A stretch of DNA of 64,000 bases from Candidatus Spechtbacterales bacterium (GCA_040902285.1 JBBDXP010000012.1:8501-72500), one strand, 5' to 3'; numbered from the stretch's first letter, positions 18,618 to 28,913 are shown. Program-made: numbers and translations. Notes: generated by a model not told the origin, from the sequence alone.

Positions 18618-19028
18618 ATGATCCACACACTCTCAAAGGAAAAAGGGGGGTTCAGAAATTCTGGACGCCTTGGAGAGAACCGCCTACTCGCTCGACTTAA
18701 AGTTCGAGAGGCCTGTCGAAAATGGTCTTGCGAGCACGAACAGTGTTCTTGCTGTTCCCAGCTACGGGCCAACTCTTGTCAAAAGAAGAGAGTTATCCGA
18801 CAGACCGTATACGCAAGAAGTGCCGAATCTGCGTTTTTACTTTGGAGACGCAAGATATCGTAATTTTTTCTCTGATAAAAAATACGCGCGAATAGGAATC
18901 ATCATATTCGTTCCTCTTTATGGTTCTTTGTCTTTAGGCATAACCCGGAAAACGGAGTCCGTTTTCCGCGCGTAAGCCATGAATACCAGCGCGTGCTTCA
19001 TCAGCTGGAAAAACATCTTGGTTATTAA
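18618..19028 (+). pseudogene. Hypothetical protein gene apparently broken by two frameshifts
   Basis: SD AGGAG plus ATG at 18618; shift in the A5G6 run into the 18670-18975 frame; second shift at CGCGCG into VSHEYQRVLHQLEKHLGY*, which ends just before a terminator. Confidence 0.4.
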
Positions 19029-19030
19029 AC

Positions 19031-19088
19031 AAAGCCCTGCACAAGCGGGGCTTTTATCATAAAAAAAAAGCCCCTTCTTATTTGGGGC
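19031..19088. terminator. Back-to-back terminators (+ strand 19031-19055; - strand 19061-19088)
   Basis: AAAGCCCTGC-ACAA-GCGGGGCTTTT and A9-GCCCC-TTCTTATTT-GGGGC. Confidence 0.7.
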
Positions 19089-19323
19089 AAACAAATAAGC
19101 ACGGGGCTTATCAAGGTACTAGTACTAGTTGAGAGCGCTCTCAATGAAACGGATAAAAAGTGCCTGTCTTTGCAGGCCGTAAAATTGTTTTTGTAAAGAA
19201 CAAAAGTAAAAAAGAACTATTTTGGTTCGCCCCGGAGAAGCCGGTGGCGAGTCCTGTCTGTCTCGGTTCCCACCCAAGACCTGTGTTTGTGAACAAGGGA
19301 CGAGAACGATTAGCCCTTATTCT
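19061..19323 (-). ncRNA. Candidate ncRNA of about 260 nt, unknown family
   Basis: Minus-strand TTGACG-16-(TGa)TAGTAT promoter, serial hairpins, U9 terminator, no ATG-initiated ORF seen. Confidence 0.3.
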
Positions 19324-19451
19324 TAGTACATACTATCACAACGGCCAAAGTCGTCAATATTATTTTGTGGATAAAATATCCGTCCGGGAAACCGAGGTTT
19401 CTTTTTGGTGCCGCAGAAGGGTATAATAGATGAGTATAAAGAACCAATTGT

Positions 19452-20162
19452 ATGTGGTGGTCATTTTTTCCAATACCGTTTCCGTATTTCGACGAATACC
19501 ATACTCACAAAAAACCATACATAACCGTAATACTTTTATGGGTTAATTTTATAATATTTGGCGCAACTCTTGTGTTAAGTGCGGCATTGAATGATTTTAG
19601 TTTTACGGATATGTTTCGTAATCTGGCGGTAGTTCCTGCCGATATCGTGTCAGGAGAAAATCTTTACACTTTAATTACTTACTTGTTTGTGCATACAGGT
19701 GTTTTGCATTTTTTAGGCAATATGTGGTTTTTATATATTTTTGGAGACAATGTCGAACATAACATGGGAAGGGTAAACTTTTTTTTATTTTTTATTATAT
19801 CCGGAGTGCTCTCCGCCTTGGCGCATGTTTACCTGGTGGCCGGACAATCTCTTACTCCGCTGGTGGGAGCGTCGGGAGCTATTTCGGGCATATTGGGGGC
19901 TTATATAGTACTGCTTCCCGAAAACAAAATACATGTTGTTTTTGGTCCCAAGGCAAAATTTCAATTTCCGGCATTTTGGTATATTTGGATATGGTTTGTG
20001 TTACAGGCGGCTTATTTGTTTTTGTACACAACCGAATCCACGGCCTTTATGTCTCATATCGCCGGTTTTGCTTCGGGAGTTATTCTTGCGTATATATTTG
20101 GGAAAAAAATAAAATACAAAAATTACAGGTTTGAAACTCCCGATTATTTGGATACAATATAA
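19452..20162 (+). CDS. Rhomboid family intramembrane serine protease
   Basis: HTGVLHFLGNM, VGASGAISG, HIAGF. Confidence 0.92.
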   Translation: MWWSFFPIPFPYFDEYHTHKKPYITVILLWVNFIIFGATLVLSAALNDFSFTDMFRNLAVVPADIVSGENLYTLITYLFVHTGVLHFLGNMWFLYIFGDNVEHNMGRVNFFLFFIISGVLSALAHVYLVAGQSLTPLVGASGAISGILGAYIVLLPENKIHVVFGPKAKFQFPAFWYIWIWFVLQAAYLFLYTTESTAFMSHIAGFASGVILAYIFGKKIKYKNYRFETPDYLDTI

Positions 20163-20617
20163 TGAAAGATCAATCTTTCGGCATAATTCCGTTTACAAAA
20201 GAAGGCGGCACTTATAAGTTCCTAATCGTTCAGCATTTGTCGGCCAACGGTGGAGGCGCGCATTGGTCTTTTCCAAAAGGACACAAAGAAAAAGGAGAAA
20301 CCGATTTGGGAGCGGCCTTAAGAGAGTTTAAGGAGGAAACAGGGATACAAAATGTTGAAATTGTAGACGAGAAAGGGATTGCGGAAAAATATTTTTTTAA
20401 CAGGGAAGGGGAGGATATAAACAAAACAGTAAAATACTTTTTGGGATTTATAAATCACTCTCAAATCATAAAGATCCAAAAAGAAGAATTGTATAATTAT
20501 AAATGGGCAACCTTTGATGAAGTAATGGAATCCATAACATTCGATGAAGCAAAGGATGTTCTAAAAAGAGCGTACAGCCATATAGCAAAAACATATGATA
20601 CAAGACATAATAAATAA
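20162..20617 (+). CDS. NUDIX hydrolase (Ap4A hydrolase-like)
   Basis: HWSFPKGHKEKGETDLGAALREFKEETG Nudix box. Confidence 0.9.
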   Translation: MKDQSFGIIPFTKEGGTYKFLIVQHLSANGGGAHWSFPKGHKEKGETDLGAALREFKEETGIQNVEIVDEKGIAEKYFFNREGEDINKTVKYFLGFINHSQIIKIQKEELYNYKWATFDEVMESITFDEAKDVLKRAYSHIAKTYDTRHNK

Positions 20618-20831
20618 TTTTTTAACGAAAGATATTGTTAATAATTCAGCATATGTTTTTGCCGCGATCGTGGCGGTTTTTTTCATTGTTGCAAGCTGGG
20701 CGTTTATTCATCACTGGGGAAGTTATGGGATAAGCAAGCGCGAAACAAAACTTCTTTACATTTTTTATTTTTCTGTTTCAATATTCCTGTTCGCGGTCAT
20801 GGGCGTTTCTTTATTATTGTTTATAAAATAA
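20595..20831 (+). CDS. Small hypothetical membrane protein
   Basis: 78 aa with two TM helices; fits the operon. Confidence 0.6.
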   Translation: MIQDIINNFLTKDIVNNSAYVFAAIVAVFFIVASWAFIHHWGSYGISKRETKLLYIFYFSVSIFLFAVMGVSLLLFIK

Positions 20832-20837
20832 TTTTTT

Positions 20838-21347
20838 ATGATTGAACTTTTAGAAGGTGAAAAAATAATTCTGCAAAAAAGACGGCACTGGTACATAATT
20901 GCCAGCGAGAGTTCTGTTTTATTTTTTGCCGCAGTGGTTCCCGCACTTGTTTTTATATGGATTGTTTCGGCGTTATCATATGAAGTTATTGCGCCCGTAA
21001 TGCCTCTGATTGTTTTTGCATTTGCCGGATGGTTCCTTATTTTGTGGATAATATTCTTTATATTTTGGACCAATTATTATCTGGATGTTCTAATTGTTAC
21101 CAATAAGCGTGTTATAGATATTGAACAAAGAGGGCTGTTCGCGCGTGATATTGCTGAAACTTCGATAAAAAACATCCAGGACATAAAGATAGAAGTTATA
21201 GGAATACTTGCGACGCTTTGGGATTTTGGAGATATTCATATTCAAACGGCCGGGGAGTCGAGAGAGATGGCCATTCGCAGTATAGCTAATCCGCACGAAG
21301 TAAGAAAAAAGATATCTGAACAGCACCACGAAACACCCCGTATTTGA
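20838..21347 (+). CDS. Membrane protein with bacterial PH domain (YdbS/T-like)
   Basis: Two TM helices, VTNKRVIDIEQRGLF, IQDI, FGDIHIQTAG. Confidence 0.8.
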   Translation: MIELLEGEKIILQKRRHWYIIASESSVLFFAAVVPALVFIWIVSALSYEVIAPVMPLIVFAFAGWFLILWIIFFIFWTNYYLDVLIVTNKRVIDIEQRGLFARDIAETSIKNIQDIKIEVIGILATLWDFGDIHIQTAGESREMAIRSIANPHEVRKKISEQHHETPRI

Positions 21348-21377
21348 TATATATAGATGATTTAACCGTGTTATTTT

Positions 21378-21406
21378 AAAAAACCGCCTCATCGGGGCGG
21401 TTTTTT
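21378..21406. terminator. Intrinsic terminator
   Basis: AAAAAACCGCCTC-ATC-GGGGCGGTTTTTT. Confidence 0.7.
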
Positions 21407-21444
21407 GGTACAATAAAGAAAGAAAACTCTTACCCCAATTATAC

Positions 21445-22635
21445 ATGCCCGAACTTTTTCCATTTTTTTTAATTCTTTTTGTTGCCCTGTTTTTTTCCGA
21501 GGTTTTTTCGCGCGTGCATATGCCGTGGGTGGTGGCTCTTATAATAAGCGGGATGATAATAGGACCTTTTGGTCTGGATATTTTTACGCCTGACGAAACA
21601 ATAAATCTGTTGGGGGAAATAGGCATTGTATTTTTAATGTTTATGGCAGGTCTGGAGGTGCGGCTCTCCAGCTTGGCAAAAATGAAAAAAGAGGTTGCCC
21701 GCATGTCGCTTTTAAACGGAATGATACCTTTTGCGCTGGGGTTTGGATTGGGAATGTTTTTCGGATATGGTTTAATGGAATCTTTGTTGCTCGGAACAAT
21801 ATTTGTATCTTCATCTGTAGCCGTTATAATACCGTCACTCGAAGCCAATAAATTACTAGATACACGACTTGGAAAAACCATTGTTTCTTCTGTTGTAATA
21901 CAAGATATTGTAAGTTTGCTTTTTCTTTCTATAATTCTGCAATCTGTAAAACCTCTTACAGATTTGCCTTTGCCTGTATTTTATATTCTTTTGTTCGCCG
22001 TGCTTGTTGCTTTAAGGTGGCTTTTGCCAAAAATAAGATTATTTTTCTTCATGCTCTCAAGAGAAAAATCAAGCTTGTTTGAATGGGAGCTCCAGGCGAT
22101 TTTTGTGATCCTTTTGGGAACGGTTGTGTTCTTTCAATTTATAGGCCTGCATGCCATTATCGCGGGATTTTTTGCCGGACTCGTTTTGGCCGAATCCATA
22201 AAAAGCGATATTCTTATGGGTAAAATAAGGGCCATAAGCTACGGATTTTTTATACCAATATTTTTTGTATTAGTTGGAATTAATACCAACCTGGGAGTAT
22301 TTATTGACACAGAAGGAACGATATTATTGTTGTCTTCAATAATAATATCGTTCATAGCGGTTAAATTTATTAGCGGTTGGATAGGGGGTAGAATTAACGG
22401 CTTTAACTCTACAGAAAGTATCCTTATTGGCGGTTCTACAATTCCCCAATTAACCACAACCTTGGCAGTTGCCATTACGGCTTCCGAATTTAATCTTTTT
22501 TCGCAGGAACTCGTTACGGTTATTATTGTTTTAAGCATTATTACAACATTAGTCGGTCCGATTATTATGCGCCTGACCAAAGTTAAATTAGATGCCAACA
22601 CTCTTGGCCCCGATGTTAAATATGAAGAAGCATAA
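21445..22635 (+). CDS. Cation:proton antiporter (CPA2)
   Basis: About 12 TM helices, GMIIGP, LMFMAGLE, IQDI, FFIPIFF. Confidence 0.88.
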   Translation: MPELFPFFLILFVALFFSEVFSRVHMPWVVALIISGMIIGPFGLDIFTPDETINLLGEIGIVFLMFMAGLEVRLSSLAKMKKEVARMSLLNGMIPFALGFGLGMFFGYGLMESLLLGTIFVSSSVAVIIPSLEANKLLDTRLGKTIVSSVVIQDIVSLLFLSIILQSVKPLTDLPLPVFYILLFAVLVALRWLLPKIRLFFFMLSREKSSLFEWELQAIFVILLGTVVFFQFIGLHAIIAGFFAGLVLAESIKSDILMGKIRAISYGFFIPIFFVLVGINTNLGVFIDTEGTILLLSSIIISFIAVKFISGWIGGRINGFNSTESILIGGSTIPQLTTTLAVAITASEFNLFSQELVTVIIVLSIITTLVGPIIMRLTKVKLDANTLGPDVKYEEA

Positions 22636-23467
22636 GATATTATTCGCATTGGCGGTAGTTGTTTTTGCGTCTTCAATCTTACTGTTGGGGCCTTTTCAGG
22701 GGTGGTGGCCGGGTGTAAATGAAAGCGTTAGAAATTTTTTTGCTGAAGAAATACAAAGACAGATTTTTGCTCCCGATCCTTTGCGGGGGCCCGAGGAGGG
22801 GCAGGGTTCATTAACGCGCTCCGGCGTAATAGAGTGGACAAACACGCAAAGAACGCAGTTTGGGCTTCCCGCCTTGCGGGAGAACTCTAAATTAAATGAA
22901 GCGGCTGCTTTGAAGGTTGCCGATATGTTTGAAAATCAATATTTTGCCCATATTTCGCCTTCGGGAAAAGGGGTTGGAGAGTTGGCGGAAGAAGTGCGGT
23001 ATTCCTTTATTTTAATAGGTGAAAATCTGGCGCTTGGAAATTTTGCAAGCGACGCTTTGCTTGTAGATGCGTGGATGGCGAGCCCGGGCCACAGAGAAAA
23101 TATCTTAAAGCGGGAATTTACCGAAATAGGGGTGGCTGTAAAAAGGGGAGAATTTGAAGGGCGCCAAATCTGGCTTGCGGTTCAGCATTTTGCCAAACCC
23201 TTATCCGATTGCCCACAGCCCGATGAATCTTTGAAGTCACAAATAAGCGCCAATAACGCTCAGCTTGAGGCCTGGAAAATAGAATTGGAAGAAAAAAAGC
23301 AAGATTTAGAAAATACACACCCTAAAGCCGGCCCCATATATAAATCCAAAGTTGATGAATACAATGAGCTGGTTGAAAAATATAATAATTTATCCAGGGA
23401 AAACGCGGCACGTATAACCGAATACAACAACCAGGTTAATACATTTAACGCGTGCGCTAAAAATTAA
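22622..23467 (+). CDS. CAP/SCP domain secreted protein with coiled-coil tail
   Basis: TNTQR, YFAH, GENLA, WMASPGHRENIL, IGVAV. Confidence 0.88.
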   Translation: MKKHKILFALAVVVFASSILLLGPFQGWWPGVNESVRNFFAEEIQRQIFAPDPLRGPEEGQGSLTRSGVIEWTNTQRTQFGLPALRENSKLNEAAALKVADMFENQYFAHISPSGKGVGELAEEVRYSFILIGENLALGNFASDALLVDAWMASPGHRENILKREFTEIGVAVKRGEFEGRQIWLAVQHFAKPLSDCPQPDESLKSQISANNAQLEAWKIELEEKKQDLENTHPKAGPIYKSKVDEYNELVEKYNNLSRENAARITEYNNQVNTFNACAKN

Positions 23468-23552
23468 GAAGCATGGCAAAAGAAGCAGAGGGTTGTAATT
23501 ATCGAACTTGACGGTCCGCGGGACAGGACTGTTGTGGTACAATTTAAGTAAT

Positions 23553-24431
23553 ATGGAAAATACACAAAAAAGAGTTTTGGTATTGGGGGGAACAGGTTTT
23601 CTTGGCTATTATGTTTTGCATGCCTTGAGTCAGAAAAATGTTTCCATGGGAGTAATGATAAGGCGCAAGCTGGACGATATAGAAATTCCTATGGAAGGAT
23701 ACGAAACTCTGATCGGAAATATATTAGACACAAAAAGCGTTAAAGAGGCGGTTTTAAAATTCAAACCGGATGTAATAGTAAACCTTGTCGGCATTGCAAG
23801 CGAAAAAAGACACGGCATAACTTTCAGAAAAGTTTATGTGGAAGGAACTAAAAATTTTGTGGATGCCGCCAAAGAAGCGGGCGTAAAAAAAATAATATCG
23901 GTAAGCACTATGGGCGCCGACAAAAACGGCCCGACAGAATACTTTAAAACAAAAGCGGAATCCGACGACATTATTATGAATTCGGGTATCGCTTGGACAA
24001 TATTCCGTCCCACTATAATGTTTGGGTGGAGAAGCGCTTTTAATTCCATGATTGCTAAACCGGCCCGCCGCCTGCTGTTTATTCCTATGATTGACGGGGG
24101 CTACCATAAAGTACAGCCCGTTTCGGCGAGTGTTTTGGCCGATGCCATTGCCGACGCGTGTTTTGGCGCGGGAGACAATTCGGTTTATGAAGTCGCCGGG
24201 CCGGAAGTAATAACCGTAAAAGAAGCCACTGAGCGGGTCCGCGAAGCGATGAAATCATCCAAGCCCACAATGGGCGTTCCGTTATGGCTATTGCGCGCTT
24301 TAAAAATAGCCAATGAAACCCAGATAAGCATGGTTACGGGAAACCACACAAATGATTCCAAGGATTTTAAAAGGGATTTTAAAACAAAAGAAGTATATTT
24401 TGATCCCATGGGGGAAATGCCCATTTTTTAA
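23553..24431 (+). CDS. NAD(P)-binding atypical SDR (NDUFA9-like)
   Basis: VLGGTGFLG, YFKTK, IFRP, YEVAGPE. Confidence 0.85.
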   Translation: MENTQKRVLVLGGTGFLGYYVLHALSQKNVSMGVMIRRKLDDIEIPMEGYETLIGNILDTKSVKEAVLKFKPDVIVNLVGIASEKRHGITFRKVYVEGTKNFVDAAKEAGVKKIISVSTMGADKNGPTEYFKTKAESDDIIMNSGIAWTIFRPTIMFGWRSAFNSMIAKPARRLLFIPMIDGGYHKVQPVSASVLADAIADACFGAGDNSVYEVAGPEVITVKEATERVREAMKSSKPTMGVPLWLLRALKIANETQISMVTGNHTNDSKDFKRDFKTKEVYFDPMGEMPIF

Positions 24432-24433
24432 CC

Positions 24434-25009
24434 ATGAAAAGGACAGACCTCACATTATTGATTATTGTAACCGGACTGGGCGTTTACGGCATCTATTTGC
24501 TTACTAAGAATATAGATACCACACTTGCCATCGGCGTTGATATGTTCGTTGCGCTTGGAGTTTTAGTTTTTGCCTATGTACAAATAGGCGTAAACAGAAA
24601 GCTTATTGATTTACAGGATTATGTGGCAATATCCATTGTGCCGGATCCCAATACACCTCTTTCCGTGCGCCTATATAATACCGGCAAACTTAATATCTAC
24701 ATACACAGAATAGAGATCCGGGATTTTGAGACGGATATTCTTATAGGTTCAACGGATGTGTTTAAAGAACCGCGCCTTGTTCCCGCTGGAACTTTGGAAC
24801 AGAGCTACTATTGGTATCCTTTGCCTAAAGAAATTTCCGAACATAAAAAATTTCGGCTGGTTGTTTTGGCGGGAGACGATTTCAACCGCAAGTGGCTTGC
24901 CAGCCACGGAGGAGAGATACTGGACAAGCAGGAACTTAGGGTTTGGTCTCATAAAACCCACAGGAAAAATTGGAAAATATATAAAGACGGAGAAAAGGTG
25001 CCCAAATAA
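24434..25009 (+). CDS. Hypothetical membrane-anchored protein
   Basis: 191 aa ORF with two N-terminal TM helices. Confidence 0.65.
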   Translation: MKRTDLTLLIIVTGLGVYGIYLLTKNIDTTLAIGVDMFVALGVLVFAYVQIGVNRKLIDLQDYVAISIVPDPNTPLSVRLYNTGKLNIYIHRIEIRDFETDILIGSTDVFKEPRLVPAGTLEQSYYWYPLPKEISEHKKFRLVVLAGDDFNRKWLASHGGEILDKQELRVWSHKTHRKNWKIYKDGEKVPK

Positions 25010-25014
25010 ATATT

Positions 25015-26208
25015 ATGAAAAAGGCCGTTTTAGCACTATTTTTAATTGTATTTTTGTCCGGCATTATTTGGGCCGGATCTTTTTTTTGGGAAAATTTTAG
25101 GGGAGCCGGGCCTGCGCTTAAACCTCCGCCCGAAGATATAACGGAACTTATTGAGGGTTCCGGAGAAAATAAAACGGATTTCCCGTTATCTTTGCCCGGA
25201 GGTTTTGAAATGTCTGTTTTTGCCGAAGGTTTACCAGGAGTGCGCGTAATTGTGCAGGACGGATTGGGTAATTTTTGGATAAGCCAGCCGTCGCGGGGAG
25301 TTGTTTCTCTTTTAGAGGTTGATGTTAACGGAGAAGTTGCAAGAATAACCCAGCCGTTTAGAGGTTTAAAAAGACCCCACGGACTTGCTATAGATCCTCA
25401 AAACGGAACCATGCTTTATATAGCGGAGGAAGATAAAGTATCGCGAGTGCCTTTGTATACAGACGCGTCTCCGGAAACAGTGGTTAGTTTGCCGACAGGC
25501 GGAGGACATTTTACCAGGACTATTGGATTTGGCCCTGACGACCGGCTGTACATATCGGCCGGTTCCTCATGCAATGTTTGTGTAGAATCGGACGAGAGGC
25601 GGGCGGCCATATATTCAATGGAGAGAGACGGTTCGGATTTTAAAAAGCACGCAGAGGGCCTTCGTAACGCGGTATTTTTCACATGGAGTTATATAGACGG
25701 TAAAATGTGGGCCACAGAAATGGGGCGCGACAATCTTGGAGACGATCTTCCACCCGATGAGATAAATATAATACAGGAGGGCGCTCATTACGGTTGGCCG
25801 TATTGCTACGGCAGGCAAATAAGGGATACAAGTTTTATGTCTGCGAGCGGATTTGATTGTGCCGATACCGAGCCCTCTTACATAGATTTACAGGCGCACT
25901 CAGCTCCTTTGGGTCTTGCTTTTGTTCCGGAAGAGGGCTGGCCCGAGGCAATGTGGTATGACCTTTTGGTCGCGTATCATGGATCATGGAACAGAAGTGA
26001 GCCGACCGGATACAAGATAGCACGCTTTAAGCTGGACGAAAACGGAAATGTGGAAGGCACGGAGGATTTTATCAGTGGGTGGTTGTCTAGTGAGGGCGCT
26101 CTTGGAAGGCCGGTGGGTATTTTAATCCGTCCGGGAGGTATAATGTACATAACGGACGACCACGCGGGACTTGTTTATAAGGTAATATATAATCCTAATG
26201 GGGAGTAA
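25015..26208 (+). CDS. PQQ-dependent sugar/sorbosone dehydrogenase family protein
   Basis: PHGLA, GSSCNVC, GLRN, YGWPYCY, AHSAPLG, HGSWNR, GRPV. Confidence 0.88.
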   Translation: MKKAVLALFLIVFLSGIIWAGSFFWENFRGAGPALKPPPEDITELIEGSGENKTDFPLSLPGGFEMSVFAEGLPGVRVIVQDGLGNFWISQPSRGVVSLLEVDVNGEVARITQPFRGLKRPHGLAIDPQNGTMLYIAEEDKVSRVPLYTDASPETVVSLPTGGGHFTRTIGFGPDDRLYISAGSSCNVCVESDERRAAIYSMERDGSDFKKHAEGLRNAVFFTWSYIDGKMWATEMGRDNLGDDLPPDEINIIQEGAHYGWPYCYGRQIRDTSFMSASGFDCADTEPSYIDLQAHSAPLGLAFVPEEGWPEAMWYDLLVAYHGSWNRSEPTGYKIARFKLDENGNVEGTEDFISGWLSSEGALGRPVGILIRPGGIMYITDDHAGLVYKVIYNPNGE

Positions 26209-26214
26209 TTAAAT

Positions 26215-26772
26215 ATGAACGGCAAAATGTCTAAGATATCATTTTTTACAAGTTTACTTCTTTTGGTTTTTGCGGGGGTGGCGCTTCTTTTTTTAACTTT
26301 TGGCGATAAAAGAGCGGAAGATTTGTCTAAAATAAGAAGTTTTGAAGAATGCGCGCGAAGCGGGGACTCTGTTATAATGGAATCTTACCCAAGACAGTGC
26401 CGATTATCCGACGGCAGGACTTTTGTAGACTATATAGGAAATGAATTGGAGAAAATGGATTTGATAAGGATAGATAATCCGCGTCCGAACCAAGTTATAA
26501 GTAGTCCGCTAATTGTTTCGGGAGAAGCGCGGGGATACTGGTTTTTTGAGGCCAGTTTTCCCGTCCGCCTCTATGATGCCAATGGAAACGAAATTGCATT
26601 GGCAATAGCGCAGGCGCAGGGGGATTGGATGACGGAGGATTTTGTTCCCTATGAAGCCGTTTTGGAATTTACTACTCCTTCTACTTCGACAGGCGTGTTG
26701 ATTCTGGAAAAGGACAATCCATCAGGGCTTAGTGAAAATGAAGACGACTTGTTTGTGCCGGTTAAATTTTAA
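26215..26772 (+). CDS. Membrane-anchored Gmad2 Ig-like domain protein
   Basis: SFEEC..MESYPRQC, GEARGYWFFEASFPV, KDNPSG. Confidence 0.75.
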   Translation: MNGKMSKISFFTSLLLLVFAGVALLFLTFGDKRAEDLSKIRSFEECARSGDSVIMESYPRQCRLSDGRTFVDYIGNELEKMDLIRIDNPRPNQVISSPLIVSGEARGYWFFEASFPVRLYDANGNEIALAIAQAQGDWMTEDFVPYEAVLEFTTPSTSTGVLILEKDNPSGLSENEDDLFVPVKF

Positions 26773-26778
26773 AAAATC

Positions 26779-28053
26779 ATGTTTTTAAAGAATATATCCA
26801 GCAAACTTTACAGAAATAGAATATTTTTTATGCCGGTCTTGTTTTTAGCTGTTTCCGCGGTTTCATATTTAGGTTTTTCGTTTCTTTTTTCTGTTAATGT
26901 TGAATTTCGCCAGTTTCCCGAAGTTGGGGACGAGGTGGTAATTAAACTCGGACCGCTTGTAAGCGAAAAAAGCGTTCAAAAAAACTTCGCTATTGTGCCA
27001 CCGGAGAACGGTCAATTTGTGTGGATAAAAGATGCGAGAGAACTGCATTTTATTCCGGAAGCGGGCTTTGAACCCGGCCGCCAATACACTGTAAAAATAT
27101 CGGGAGGATCTTCGTTAATGGCGGAAACATCCGTTGTTTCAACCGTATTCACATTTAGTCCTGTTAAATTTTCTTCGGGCAGCAGTTATATACCACCTGA
27201 AATAATTGCCGGCAAATATATAGATGTGAATTTAAGCACTATGCAGATAACGCTTGTCGAGGATGGAAAAGCGGTAGGCCAGTATCCCGTTGCCGGAAAG
27301 GGCAATCCGTGGTCAAAATCCACAAGAGAGGGAAGTTTTACGATATTAACCAAAGAGCCCCTGCACTGGTCTACATTGGCTAAGTTATGGATGCCCTGGA
27401 GTATGCAGTATTCAGGCGACTATTTTATACATGACTGGCCCTATTGGCCCGGCGGAACGCCTATAAATAGTACATATTCAAACGGCTGTATAAGAATGCA
27501 TAATTCCGATGCTAAAACAATATACGATTGGGCGGAAATAGGCATGCCCATAATAGTACATTCTACTCCGCAAAGATTTGCCGTATTTTCCTCCGATATA
27601 ATTAAAGATGGAGATCTTGCGCGCGAACAAAACAAGAGCGAAGTATATATAATTAAAAAACAAGACGGGCAAATGTATAAAAGACATGCCTGGGCATCTG
27701 ATTTTGGAAAATGGTACGCACACCTGGCATCTTTTTGGCAAAGAATTAAAATAGTTCCCGCAGGATCACTGAATTATTATGTTGAATCACGCTGGATAAC
27801 GGTAGATTCTTCTCAATATCCGGAATTATCCGATTTTGTATATGAGATAAACACTCAAAATCGCACAAGACACAAAATGATATGCGGAAAAACACCCTTG
27901 AGCTCTCAGGAAAGTCCCGAATTTTGCAAAGATTCTTGGGAAGCTTATGGTTGGGATAAAGAGGAGATATTTACAGTATCATCTCAGGAATTTGAAAAAT
28001 ACACGGAAGGAGAACCGGTGCCATTGAGTCCGTCTCCTAATGTGTTGCAGTAA
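26779..28053 (+). CDS. L,D-transpeptidase (YkuD) domain protein with Ig-like domain
   Basis: IDVNLSTMQ, WMPWSM, YFIHDW, SNGCIRM. Confidence 0.85.
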   Translation: MFLKNISSKLYRNRIFFMPVLFLAVSAVSYLGFSFLFSVNVEFRQFPEVGDEVVIKLGPLVSEKSVQKNFAIVPPENGQFVWIKDARELHFIPEAGFEPGRQYTVKISGGSSLMAETSVVSTVFTFSPVKFSSGSSYIPPEIIAGKYIDVNLSTMQITLVEDGKAVGQYPVAGKGNPWSKSTREGSFTILTKEPLHWSTLAKLWMPWSMQYSGDYFIHDWPYWPGGTPINSTYSNGCIRMHNSDAKTIYDWAEIGMPIIVHSTPQRFAVFSSDIIKDGDLAREQNKSEVYIIKKQDGQMYKRHAWASDFGKWYAHLASFWQRIKIVPAGSLNYYVESRWITVDSSQYPELSDFVYEINTQNRTRHKMICGKTPLSSQESPEFCKDSWEAYGWDKEEIFTVSSQEFEKYTEGEPVPLSPSPNVLQ

Positions 28054-28080
28054 AATAATAATTACTGTATAAACACTTAA

Positions 28081-28866
28081 ATGAAAATAAAAATAAGCGA
28101 CCAGGCACTGGGGCTTTTTGTTGTGCTGATACTGGTTTTAGGCGGCTGGTTTTTGTTTTTAGGTCCGTCCGCGGGCCCTTCAGTTGATGAAAACGCGGTT
28201 AACTTTATAGATCCGTCGAAAAACAGGGATTCTTCCGGCGAGGAAGGACAGGAGGAACCTGGGAACGAAGAAATACCCGAAACGCAAGCCGTTCTTTTTA
28301 GCGTTCCTTTTACTCCCCAAGCGCCGTTAGGCAACTGGGATGACCCCCGCCAGCAGGACGGTTGCGAAGAAGCATCCGCCTTGATGGCTGTCCGCTGGGC
28401 AACGGATCGGGGACTTACTCTCGCAGAAGCGGAAAAGGAAATAATAGCAATTTCGGATTGGGAACAGGAAAATTACGGCCAGTTTCACGATTCTTCTGCG
28501 AAAGATACCGCCGAAAGGATAATCAAGGAGTATTTGAAGTACCCAAATGTAAGAGTGGAATATTTCATAACAGCCGAGGATATTAAAAGAGAGCTTTATA
28601 AAGGCAATCTTGTGATAGTCCCGACCGACGGAAGAAAATTAAATAACCCTTATTTCAGCGGCGACGGCCCGGAGCGCCATATGTTTCCGGTCATAGGATA
28701 CGATCCTGCCGCAAAAGAATTCATTGTTAACGACAATGGCACAAGAAGGGGTGAAAAATACCGCTACAGCGAAAATATTTTAGAAAACGCGATTGTGGAT
28801 TATCCGACCGGATACCACGCGCCGATAGAAAATTACAGAACCGCCATGATAGTGGTTTCAAAATAG
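28081..28866 (+). CDS. C39-like cysteine peptidase family protein
   Basis: VPFTPQAP, QDGCEEAS, HMFPVIGYD, IVND. Confidence 0.8.
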   Translation: MKIKISDQALGLFVVLILVLGGWFLFLGPSAGPSVDENAVNFIDPSKNRDSSGEEGQEEPGNEEIPETQAVLFSVPFTPQAPLGNWDDPRQQDGCEEASALMAVRWATDRGLTLAEAEKEIIAISDWEQENYGQFHDSSAKDTAERIIKEYLKYPNVRVEYFITAEDIKRELYKGNLVIVPTDGRKLNNPYFSGDGPERHMFPVIGYDPAAKEFIVNDNGTRRGEKYRYSENILENAIVDYPTGYHAPIENYRTAMIVVSK

Positions 28867-28913
28867 ATTGCGCCGAATAAAAAACGACTCATGCTTATGA
28901 GGCGTTTTTTATA

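Noticed and set aside
19366-19374. Replication origin
   Set aside because: There is only one DnaA box, no dnaA or dnaN nearby, and no switch in gene orientation.
19160-19426. 88-aa + strand ORF
   Set aside because: It has a GTG start, no SD or motif, and crosses promoter-like sequence; not supported.
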